Below are positions 45,031 through 53,560 of a stretch of 64,000 bases of DNA, one piece after another. The stretch covers positions 103,407 through 167,406 of the forward strand of contig CAZIOU010000001.1 in assembly GCA_964540995.1 (NCBI GenBank), in the 5' to 3' direction. A model generated the notes under the pieces. It saw nothing but the letters and a program-made list of their open reading frames with translations, made no database searches and was not told the DNA's origin. The number at the start of each line of letters is the position of its first letter. The stretch's first letter is position 1. Source of the DNA: an uncultured Gammaproteobacteria bacterium (lineage in GTDB: Bacteria > Patescibacteriota > Patescibacteriia > UBA1558 > 2-01-FULL-52-15). The translations under genes and the position numbers were made by a program.

Positions 45031-46916
45031 ACTCAGATCCTTTCAAAATTAAAGACTCGCTTTTCCGCGATAGTCATATTAAGAACTTCAATACCGATCG
45101 TACCGAAGGTGATGCGGTGTTTTTTAGCTATAGTGCTTCCTGGATCGGTAAAAGCTTACGTCACAAGACGGTGTGGCTGTTCTATGGGTTGGTTATCGTC
45201 ATTTTTGGAATTCTAGTTAGTCGTGCGGTTTCTTTGCAACTGGTTCATGGGGTCAATTATTTTGGTCAATCTGAGGGTAACCGTTTGAAAGAAATTGTTA
45301 TTAGAGCACCTCGCGGCATTCTCTATGATCGCAATAGTAAGCCCTTGGTCTACAATAGTTCATTATTCTTTTTGTATGTGCATCCAGAAAGTCTACCTAA
45401 GGACGAGACGCAACGTACGGCCATCTATGACCAGATAAGCTCGGCCATCGGCGATACAACCTGGCAGACCAATCCCAAGCTGCAAGGCCGCCAGCCACTA
45501 TTGATCGGTGAGAAATTACCCTATGATCAGGCCATGAAATTACTGGCCCTGTCGAGGACGATCCCGAGTATCGAAGTTTCGCTTGAACCTAGTAGGCAAT
45601 ACCTAACCGGTTTTGGCTTGTCACACATTATTGGCTATGTTGGTCAACTGACTGATCAAGATCAGAAGAATCCTGCCTATCGTGACTATGGTTACAATGA
45701 TGTCGTCGGTAAAGTTGGACTGGAGACACAGTATGAGAAGTGGTTACGCGGCCATAATGGGTATCAGAAATTTGAAACCGACGCCGTCGGCCGTGACGTC
45801 TCCATGGTAGCTTCACATGATCCCGAGAAAGGCTCTGACGTCCGACTAACGATTGATCTTGATATGCAGAAAAAGCTCTACGATGCCTTGGAAACTATCA
45901 GCCGTGATTATGGCAAGAAGCGTTCGGCGGGCGTAGTCATGGAACCGCGGACAGGTGCTATCCTAGCTGCAGTGTCGCTACCTGATTATGATAATAATGT
46001 TTTCAGCACTCGTTTGACCAAGAGTAATTTTCAAGATTTAATTCTCAATCCGGACAAGCCACTCTTTAGTCGTTTCGTGGCGGGCGAATACCCACCTGGA
46101 TCAACTTTCAAGATCATTATGGCTTCAGCAGCCCTGCAAGAGAAGGTGATTGATACCGCTTTTACCGTCATGAGTACCGGCGGAGTGCATATTGGCAACG
46201 CCTTCTTTCCCGATTGGCGCCCTAGTGGTCATGGGTTGACCAATATCTATTATGCCCTAGCTGACTCGGTAAATACGTTTTTTTACATTATCGGCGGAGG
46301 CGACGGTAAGACAACGACTGGTTTGGGTGTGGAACGTATCAATAAATACGCCCAGCTATTTGGCTTGACTAAGCCTACGGGCGTTGATTTCCCGGCAGAA
46401 GCCGACGGCTTCGTGCCGACGGAAGATTGGAAGCTTCAGACCAAGGGTGAACGTTGGTATCTCGGTGATACCTACAATATTTCTATTGGTCAAGGTGATA
46501 TTACGGTCACCCCTTTACAAATAGCACACTATACTTCTATAATTGCCTCAGGTGGCCGCGATACGCAGCCCCATTTTTTTGGCCAGTCTGATGCCAAGCT
46601 GTCAGAGCCTACGTGGGCCAGCTCACAAGTCAACTGGTTATCTGCCGATACGATCAATACTGTTCGTAAGGGCTTACGAGAAACGGTCGTAAATGGTAGC
46701 GCTAAGAGCCTTCAGAGTGTCAGTGTGCCGGTGGCCGGTAAGACTGGTACTGCGCAGTTTAACAAGAATAAAGTTCCTCATTCTTGGTTTACTGGTTTTG
46801 CTCCGTATGATAATCCCGAATTGGTAGTCACTATCTTGATCGAAGAAGGTGGCGATCAGGGGTATGCGGTCAAAGCCAGTCGTTTATTTTTAGAATCATA
46901 TTTTAATCATTCGTAA
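45027..46916 (+). CDS. mrdA: penicillin-binding protein 2 (peptidoglycan D,D-transpeptidase)
   Basis: Transpeptidase SxxK motif PGSTFKII plus SxN and KTGT (AGKTGTAQ). Confidence 0.85.
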   Translation: MNSDPFKIKDSLFRDSHIKNFNTDRTEGDAVFFSYSASWIGKSLRHKTVWLFYGLVIVIFGILVSRAVSLQLVHGVNYFGQSEGNRLKEIVIRAPRGILYDRNSKPLVYNSSLFFLYVHPESLPKDETQRTAIYDQISSAIGDTTWQTNPKLQGRQPLLIGEKLPYDQAMKLLALSRTIPSIEVSLEPSRQYLTGFGLSHIIGYVGQLTDQDQKNPAYRDYGYNDVVGKVGLETQYEKWLRGHNGYQKFETDAVGRDVSMVASHDPEKGSDVRLTIDLDMQKKLYDALETISRDYGKKRSAGVVMEPRTGAILAAVSLPDYDNNVFSTRLTKSNFQDLILNPDKPLFSRFVAGEYPPGSTFKIIMASAALQEKVIDTAFTVMSTGGVHIGNAFFPDWRPSGHGLTNIYYALADSVNTFFYIIGGGDGKTTTGLGVERINKYAQLFGLTKPTGVDFPAEADGFVPTEDWKLQTKGERWYLGDTYNISIGQGDITVTPLQIAHYTSIIASGGRDTQPHFFGQSDAKLSEPTWASSQVNWLSADTINTVRKGLRETVVNGSAKSLQSVSVPVAGKTGTAQFNKNKVPHSWFTGFAPYDNPELVVTILIEEGGDQGYAVKASRLFLESYFNHS

Positions 46917-46921
46917 TAATT

Positions 46922-47380
46922 ATGTACGACGAAATTATATTATCCCCCTTGGGACGACAGAAGCTCGAAGAAGAGCTCGATGACTTGAAGAAGAACCGTC
47001 GCCGGCAAGTAGCCGAGCGTATCAGTTTGGCCAAAGAGTTCGGCGATTTATCAGAAAATGCTGAGTATCACGAGGCCAAAGAAGAGCAGGCATTCATCGA
47101 AGGACGTATTCTCGAACTAGAGCACATCCTTAAGGTCGGACGTGTGGTTGATCAGTCAGCCAGCAAGACGGTCAATGTCGGCTCCACGGTGACTATGAGT
47201 AAAGACGGTAAGCCTCTGACTATCCAGTTGGTAGGTGCTACCGAAGCTGATCCTAGCAACAGTAAGATTTCACTCGATTCACCGCTCGGACAAGCACTGC
47301 TGGAATTAGCCGTCAAAGATGAATTTGATTTGCAGACTCCGGCTGGTTTAAGTCATTATCGTATCGAGAAAATTAGCTAA
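46922..47380 (+). CDS. greA: transcription elongation factor GreA
   Basis: Coiled-coil N-terminus with DLSENAEYHEAKEEQ and an FKBP-like C-terminal domain. Confidence 0.85.
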   Translation: MYDEIILSPLGRQKLEEELDDLKKNRRRQVAERISLAKEFGDLSENAEYHEAKEEQAFIEGRILELEHILKVGRVVDQSASKTVNVGSTVTMSKDGKPLTIQLVGATEADPSNSKISLDSPLGQALLELAVKDEFDLQTPAGLSHYRIEKIS

Positions 47381-48393
47381 TGTTTATCAAGAAAATCGCC
47401 ATTGACTTAGGTACTACCACTACGCTGGTAGCACTACCCAAGCGCGGTATAATCATCAACGAACCGTCGGTGGTGGCGATTTCTGTTATTGATCGTAAAG
47501 TTCTAGCAGTAGGAGATGAAGCCAAAGAAATGATCGGGCGTACGCCTGACACCATTGTTGCTTCTCGTCCACTCAAAGATGGTGTCATCGCTGATTATCG
47601 TACTACCGAGAGCATGCTCAAATATTTTATCGGCAAAGCTACGACCGGGTTCCGTCTTTTTCGTCCAGAGGTTATGATCGCGGTACCAGCCGGTATCACG
47701 TCGACTGAACGTCGAGCGGTGATCGATGCCACGATGAATGCCGGTGCCCGCGCAGCCTATATTATCAAAGAACCCATTGCGGCGGCGATTGGTGCAGATA
47801 TACCTATTGGTTCGGCTTCAGGTCATATGATCGTGGATATGGGCGGCGGTACCTCTGAAATTGCCGTTATTTCCTTGGGTGGTCTCGTGGCCAATACTTC
47901 AGTACGTATCGGTGGTAATAAGCTAGATGTGGCTATTATGGAATACGTCAAACGTAAATATAATATGGCCATCGGGGAGCGGACAGCTGAAGAGCTGAAA
48001 ATCCGCATCGGATCGGCTCAATATTTACCCAAGGGCGAGAAATTGGAGATGGAAGCCAAGGGCCGTGACATGATCAGCGGCTTACCCCGCACTATTCGGG
48101 TGACTTCAGATGATATCACTGATGCCTTACAGAATGAACTTCAAGGTATCATCAATGCCGTTAAATCAGTGTTACAGAAGACGCCGCCAGAACTAGCCGC
48201 TGATGTCATAGACAAAGGTATGGTGCTCTCTGGTGGTACTTCACAGCTCCGCAATATGGATAAGCTCTTATCGCAAGCGACTGGGGTGCCGGCTATGAAT
48301 GCTGATGATTCGCCACTTTGTGTCTGCAAGGGTACTGTTATTGCTTTGGAAAATCTCGATAGTTATAAACGTAGTATATTATCGGCTCGGTAA
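47380..48393 (+). CDS. second MreB-family actin homologue
   Basis: IAIDLGTTTTLVALPKRGIIINEPSVVAI. About 45-50% similar to the first MreB by eye. taATG overlap with greA. Confidence 0.85.
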   Translation: MFIKKIAIDLGTTTTLVALPKRGIIINEPSVVAISVIDRKVLAVGDEAKEMIGRTPDTIVASRPLKDGVIADYRTTESMLKYFIGKATTGFRLFRPEVMIAVPAGITSTERRAVIDATMNAGARAAYIIKEPIAAAIGADIPIGSASGHMIVDMGGGTSEIAVISLGGLVANTSVRIGGNKLDVAIMEYVKRKYNMAIGERTAEELKIRIGSAQYLPKGEKLEMEAKGRDMISGLPRTIRVTSDDITDALQNELQGIINAVKSVLQKTPPELAADVIDKGMVLSGGTSQLRNMDKLLSQATGVPAMNADDSPLCVCKGTVIALENLDSYKRSILSAR

Positions 48394-48430
48394 TTCTTGA
48401 CATTTTTTAGGATTTATAGTATTTATTAAG

Positions 48431-48914
48431 GGCTTTCTGCGGTTTGACGATCGCCGTTGCGCTTTCCCAAGAGTTTGCTAAAACTCTAGTGATATCTTGA
48501 GAAAGCGCAAAGGAGGAAAGTCCGAACACCGCAAAAAATGGTAGTTGCTAACGCCAACCCCCGATCATAGACGCTTGCGTCTTGAACGGGAGGACAAGTG
48601 CAACAGAAAGTAAACCGCCTACCTTCGCTCACTGTAAGTGAGTTCGGCGGCAGCCTCAATCAAGGGGCTTGCCCGCCGTAGCTCGCTTTTGGCGAGCGAA
48701 GGTGGGTAAGGGTGAAACCGTGAGGTAAGAGCTCACGCGTCTCTGTGGTGACACAGGGAATGAGGTAAACTCTACCTGGTGCAAGGCCAAGTTGTTCCCG
48801 CCAACGGCGGGACGGGTAGGCTGCTTGATTCCAGTGGCGACACTGGAACTAGAGAGATGATCGTCGCTCCGTCTTTGATGGAGAACAGAATTCGGCTTAT
48901 ATGCCGCAGAAAGC
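48431..48914 (+). ncRNA. rnpB: RNase P RNA (bacterial type A) with extended P3 and P12
   Basis: P1 gctttctgcgg/ccgcagaaagc and conserved blocks AGGAAAGTCCG, GTGCAACAGAAAGTAAACCGCC, GGTAAGGGTGAAA, GGTAAGAGC, GGTAAACTC, GCAAGGCCAA, GGGTAGGCTGCTTGA and CAGAATTCGGCTTAT. Confidence 0.8.
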
Positions 48915-50306
48915 ATGAAACGTTTTGATTTTGTCTTCACTATTCTTCAGGTACCGCTCGACTATTTGATGTTAGTCGTAGCTGGCTTAGCAAGTTATTC
49001 TTTGCGTTATCAAGGACTGGTCACACAGGTGAGGCCGGTTTTTTTTGATGTTGGCTACAGTGATTTCGTTCACCTCTTATTTGGAGTAGCTCTGGTTGGT
49101 ATATTGGTATTTGCTTGGAGTGGATTGTACCGTTCGGAACGAGTGCTGCACTCAGCGGATGAATTTCGAAAAATATTTCTAGCTGTCTCGACTACGCTTC
49201 TAATTGTTGTCATCGCTATTTTCTTACGTCGTGAACTGTTTTCTTCTCGCTTTATTATATTGCTAGCTTGGATCTTCGCAGTCATATTTATCTATACTGG
49301 TCGCGTAGCTCTGCGCTACCTAAAAGGAATGATCCTCAGCCATAGCTCTTGGGGTTATTCGATCGCGCTGATTGGCAACGGTGAATCAGTCAAGATTATC
49401 CAGCAGTATTATCATCATAAGAAACATCTGGGCTATCATGTACAAGCAGTGGTACCGGACTTTTCATTAGCTTCTCGCGATCAACTAGGGGCTCTGGCTC
49501 GTGAGGACAAGCTTGATGAGTTGGTGCAATTACGAACCGACTTCGATGAGGCACAAACCGAAGAAGTTATTACTTTCTGCAATACGCATCAAGTTAACTT
49601 GCTGTACCTCGCTAGTTTCGTTCAGACGCAACTTATTAACTACGAAGCTATCAATATTGCCGGCTATCCCATTATTCGGGTCAAACGAACTCCTCTTGAT
49701 GGCTGGGGTAGAATCGGCAAACGGCTGTTTGATTTGGTGGTAGCAGCTTTTGCTCTTATTATCTTGTCACCACTATTTCTGATCGTGACGGTGATTGTTC
49801 GACTTGATTCCCGCGGGCCAATACTGTTCTCCGCCATGCGCGTCGGTCAGAAAGGTAAGATTTTTAAACTCTACAAGTTTCGCTCCATGATCGTTGGCGC
49901 TGATAAGATGAAGCAGGAGTTGGCAGCTTTCAACGAACGAGCTGACGGGCCTCTTTTTAAAATGACTCATGATCCACGTATTACCAAGGCCGGCCGCTGG
50001 TTGCGTCGTAGTAGTCTGGACGAATTGCCGCAGCTGTGGAACGTGCTGATTGGCGACATGAGTTTGGTCGGTCCGCGCCCGCACGAACCAGAGGAGGTGT
50101 CTCGCTATACCAGCCAATACCGTAAGTTGCTGACCATCAAGCCGGGCATCACGGGCGCGGCTCAAGTTTCTGGGCGTTCGACTCTAACCTTTGACGAAGA
50201 GGCGCGTTTAGATATTTATTATATTGAAAATTGGTCGCTGTGGCAGGATATACGTATCTTAGCCAAGACTCCGGCGGCTCTGATTAACTACCGAAACGCT
50301 TCCTAA
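48915..50306 (+). CDS. polyprenyl-phosphate sugar phosphotransferase (bacterial sugar transferase family)
   Basis: C-terminal catalytic domain (LFDLVVAAFALIILSPLFL, KFRSM, DELPQLWNVLIGDMSLVGPRP). ATG is the first nucleotide after the rnpB P1 3' strand. Confidence 0.8.
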   Translation: MKRFDFVFTILQVPLDYLMLVVAGLASYSLRYQGLVTQVRPVFFDVGYSDFVHLLFGVALVGILVFAWSGLYRSERVLHSADEFRKIFLAVSTTLLIVVIAIFLRRELFSSRFIILLAWIFAVIFIYTGRVALRYLKGMILSHSSWGYSIALIGNGESVKIIQQYYHHKKHLGYHVQAVVPDFSLASRDQLGALAREDKLDELVQLRTDFDEAQTEEVITFCNTHQVNLLYLASFVQTQLINYEAINIAGYPIIRVKRTPLDGWGRIGKRLFDLVVAAFALIILSPLFLIVTVIVRLDSRGPILFSAMRVGQKGKIFKLYKFRSMIVGADKMKQELAAFNERADGPLFKMTHDPRITKAGRWLRRSSLDELPQLWNVLIGDMSLVGPRPHEPEEVSRYTSQYRKLLTIKPGITGAAQVSGRSTLTFDEEARLDIYYIENWSLWQDIRILAKTPAALINYRNAS

Positions 50307-51388
50307 TGAAGATTGCTCTGGCCCATGACCATTTGTTTCAGATAGGAGGAGCTGAAACTGTTTTGCGGCATTTCACCCAGATGTATCCGCGGGCGCCGCT
50401 GTATACCTTGATTTGTGATCAACGCGGACGATCGTACTTGCCGCAGACTGACATCCGTACCTCCTATTTGCAACGGTTAGCCGGCGATAGCAATTGGTTC
50501 AAATATTCTTTACCGCTCATGCCTGCCGCCTGGGAACGTTTTGATTTTAGCGACTACCAGGTTGTCTTGTCGTCGAGCTCGGCTTTCGTCAAAGGTATAA
50601 TCACCGCACCTGAAGCCGTTCATATTACCTATTGCCATAGTCCGATCCGCTATCTCTGGAGCGATAGTCATGAATATTTGGAGCAGCTGATGGTGCCTAA
50701 GCCAGTGAAGCTCTATCTTTCATTGTTGTTTTCTCGCTTACGGTTAGCTGATCAGATGGCTTCACAGCGAGTCAATTATTTTATTGCCAATTCACATTTC
50801 ATTGCGCAGCGCATCAAGAAGTATTATCAGCGCGATTCAGTGGTTATTTATCCGCCTGTCGACGTGGCCAAATTCCAAGTCGTACAGCATCATGATCCAT
50901 TTTTCTTGTTGATTTCTCGGCTACGACCATACAAGCGAGTCGATCTAGCGATTAAAGCTTTTAACGCCTTACGATTGCCATTGGTCATTATTGGAGGCGG
51001 GGAAGAAGAAGCTCGTCTGAAACGCCTGGCCAAGCCCAATATTACCTTTTTAGGTGAGGTCAGTGACGAAGTTCGTAATGATTATCTGTCGCGTTGTCAG
51101 GCTCTGATCCACCCCCAAGAAGAAGATTTCGGCATTACCATTGTCGAAGCTATGGCTTCTGGACGACCGGTGATTGCCTATGGATCGGGTGGTGCTACCG
51201 AAACAGTACAGCCAGGGGTCACTGGTGTTTTCTTCACTGATCAATCGTGGGAAGCCTTGACCTATACGGTGATGAATTTCCGTTCCAGCGAATTTGATCC
51301 GCTACTCATCAGACAGCAGGCCGAACAATTTGACAGTGCTATCTTCCGTCAAAAAATTGCTAGTTTCATCACTACGGTATGTCATTAA
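50306..51388 (+). CDS. glycosyltransferase family 4
   Basis: EEDFGITIVEAMASGRPVIA EX7E-type motif. Confidence 0.8.
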   Translation: MKIALAHDHLFQIGGAETVLRHFTQMYPRAPLYTLICDQRGRSYLPQTDIRTSYLQRLAGDSNWFKYSLPLMPAAWERFDFSDYQVVLSSSSAFVKGIITAPEAVHITYCHSPIRYLWSDSHEYLEQLMVPKPVKLYLSLLFSRLRLADQMASQRVNYFIANSHFIAQRIKKYYQRDSVVIYPPVDVAKFQVVQHHDPFFLLISRLRPYKRVDLAIKAFNALRLPLVIIGGGEEEARLKRLAKPNITFLGEVSDEVRNDYLSRCQALIHPQEEDFGITIVEAMASGRPVIAYGSGGATETVQPGVTGVFFTDQSWEALTYTVMNFRSSEFDPLLIRQQAEQFDSAIFRQKIASFITTVCH

Positions 51389-52464
51389 CCATCGCACTTG
51401 ATTGTCGTCCATTGCAAGATCGCTATCCTACTGGCATAGCGACTTACACGCAAGCCATGAGACAAGCTTGGCTCGGACGCCAAGACGTTCGTTGTATTAG
51501 CCTGACGGTCGGTCGACGGCAACAGCTGTTAGCCGGAGGAGAGCAAGTACATCAATCGCTGCCGGGCAAAGTTTTTAACTTAGCGTCAGCCCTTGGTCTA
51601 TCGGTATCAAAACCCCAAGCCGCAATAGATTATTATCTTCTGCCGCATCCCACACCTTGGCCCAAGAATCGTAAACCCTACATTGTCACTATTCACGACG
51701 TGGCTTATCTGGAACGTCCTTACTATTACAGCTGGCGTCAGCGTCTATGGCACCGAGCTATCCATACTCGGCAATTGCTAGAACAGGCTACTGGGCTGAT
51801 CTGCGTCTCTGAAGCCACCAAACAAAGGTTATGGCATCTGTACCCACAGTTAACCGCCAAACCGCTCGTGGTGATACCAGAAGGTCTCACAGTGTCTGAG
51901 GCTAAGCCAGTAGATGTAACCAAAGTGAAGGGCGGTAAACTGCCAGCTCGTTATTTGCTCTATGTCGGTACTATTGAACCAAGGAAAAATATTGCTTCCT
52001 TGATCAAAGCTTTTGATCTTGTTCGCCTGCAACAGCCCGACTTGGCTCTAGTGTTAGCCGGCAAATACGGTTGGTCGTCTCGAGACTTACGACGTCAGAT
52101 CCAACAGCATCCAGCTGTCTACTGGCTAAACTATGTCACCCCAGAAGAAAAATCCTATCTCCTACAACAATCGCAAGCACTTGTCTGGCCCTCATGGTAC
52201 GAAGGCTTTGGCTTCCCGCCGCTGGAAGCAGCGTATTGGGGTAAGCTGGTAATTACTAGTTGGTCGACGTCTTTACCAGAATTATTGGGCCACCAAGCAA
52301 TCTATTGTAATCCCTACAATTACAGTGAATTGGCTGCAGTCATCACGCAAGTTCTTCGGCGACCAGCTCAACCAGAGACTAAACAAATTAATTACCTTGA
52401 ATGGTCGGTTGTAGCTGAACGAACACTAGCCTTTATCCAATCCCTTCATGAAAATAGTCATTGA
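51379..52464 (+). CDS. glycosyltransferase family 4
   Basis: YEGFGFPPLEAAYWG. Confidence 0.8.
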   Translation: MSLTIALDCRPLQDRYPTGIATYTQAMRQAWLGRQDVRCISLTVGRRQQLLAGGEQVHQSLPGKVFNLASALGLSVSKPQAAIDYYLLPHPTPWPKNRKPYIVTIHDVAYLERPYYYSWRQRLWHRAIHTRQLLEQATGLICVSEATKQRLWHLYPQLTAKPLVVIPEGLTVSEAKPVDVTKVKGGKLPARYLLYVGTIEPRKNIASLIKAFDLVRLQQPDLALVLAGKYGWSSRDLRRQIQQHPAVYWLNYVTPEEKSYLLQQSQALVWPSWYEGFGFPPLEAAYWGKLVITSWSTSLPELLGHQAIYCNPYNYSELAAVITQVLRRPAQPETKQINYLEWSVVAERTLAFIQSLHENSH

Positions 52465-53533
52465 TGCGCGTTTCTGGGGTACGCCTGGCGGCTTCGGTCG
52501 TTATCTGCAAGAAATTATTAGCCGTATTGGGACCTTTGATCGCGCTAATCAGTATTATATTATCGTCCGTCGTACTGCTGGTTTACCGCTGTTAGACAAG
52601 AATGTTCACTATATCGTGGCCAATGTGCCGTGGTATGGCTGGCGTGAACAGATCGTGATACCACTCATCTTATGGCGTCTAAAACCTGATCTGGTACATT
52701 TCCCTCATTTCAATTTACCGTGGTTCTATCGCGGTAAATTCGTCGTTACGATACACGATTTGATTTTGTTTCGTTATCCTTCGGCCAAGGCTAGTTTATT
52801 GCCGAGCCTATTATTTCGCTGGAAATATTGGGTCTATCGTCAACTGTTAGTCAGAGCTATACAGTGGTCTCAATTTATTATTACGCCCTCACAATTTACC
52901 AAAGATGACATCATTTCCTGGTCACGGGTTGCAGCGGATAAAATTCGTGTTATACCAGAAGCTAGTAGTATGTCGGTTGTTCAAAGCCGTGATCAGGCCG
53001 ATCGATTGCTCTATGTTGGTAATTGTTACCCGCATAAGAATGTCGATCTATTATTGCAAGCTTTTAGGACATTGGCGGAAGGTAATTCAGCGCTTAGGTT
53101 GCATTTGGTGATTCCCGATGACTATTTTAGTCAACACACTCTAACTGTTACCGACAGTTGGCCACAGGACATCAAGCAACGACTCGTTGTGTTACATTCG
53201 ATTACTGATGAACAGCTGAAACAGGAATATCAGAACAGTACTGTGTATATCTTCCCTTCGCGCTATGAGGGATTTGGTTTGCCAGGTCTTGAAGCCATGA
53301 GTTGTGGCTTGCCCGTGATCGCTTCTCGCGTAAGTTGTTTGCCAGAGGTTTACGGTGAGGCTGCTTATTATTTTACTGATAATAATTGCGCTGATTTACA
53401 GGCAGCTATTACTAAGCTACTACAGTCGTTTGAGCTACGGGCTGATCTCCGTCAGCGAGGTTACCAGCAGCTACAGCGTTATTCATGGGATCAGGCGACG
53501 ATGCAAACGATCGACCTTTACTTAAAGGGCTAG
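52448..53533 (+). CDS. glycosyltransferase family 4
   Basis: YEGFGLPGLEAMSCGLPVIAS. Confidence 0.8.
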   Translation: MKIVIDARFWGTPGGFGRYLQEIISRIGTFDRANQYYIIVRRTAGLPLLDKNVHYIVANVPWYGWREQIVIPLILWRLKPDLVHFPHFNLPWFYRGKFVVTIHDLILFRYPSAKASLLPSLLFRWKYWVYRQLLVRAIQWSQFIITPSQFTKDDIISWSRVAADKIRVIPEASSMSVVQSRDQADRLLYVGNCYPHKNVDLLLQAFRTLAEGNSALRLHLVIPDDYFSQHTLTVTDSWPQDIKQRLVVLHSITDEQLKQEYQNSTVYIFPSRYEGFGLPGLEAMSCGLPVIASRVSCLPEVYGEAAYYFTDNNCADLQAAITKLLQSFELRADLRQRGYQQLQRYSWDQATMQTIDLYLKG

Positions 53534-53560
53534 TTTCAGTATAATTAGGTGTGAACTACC

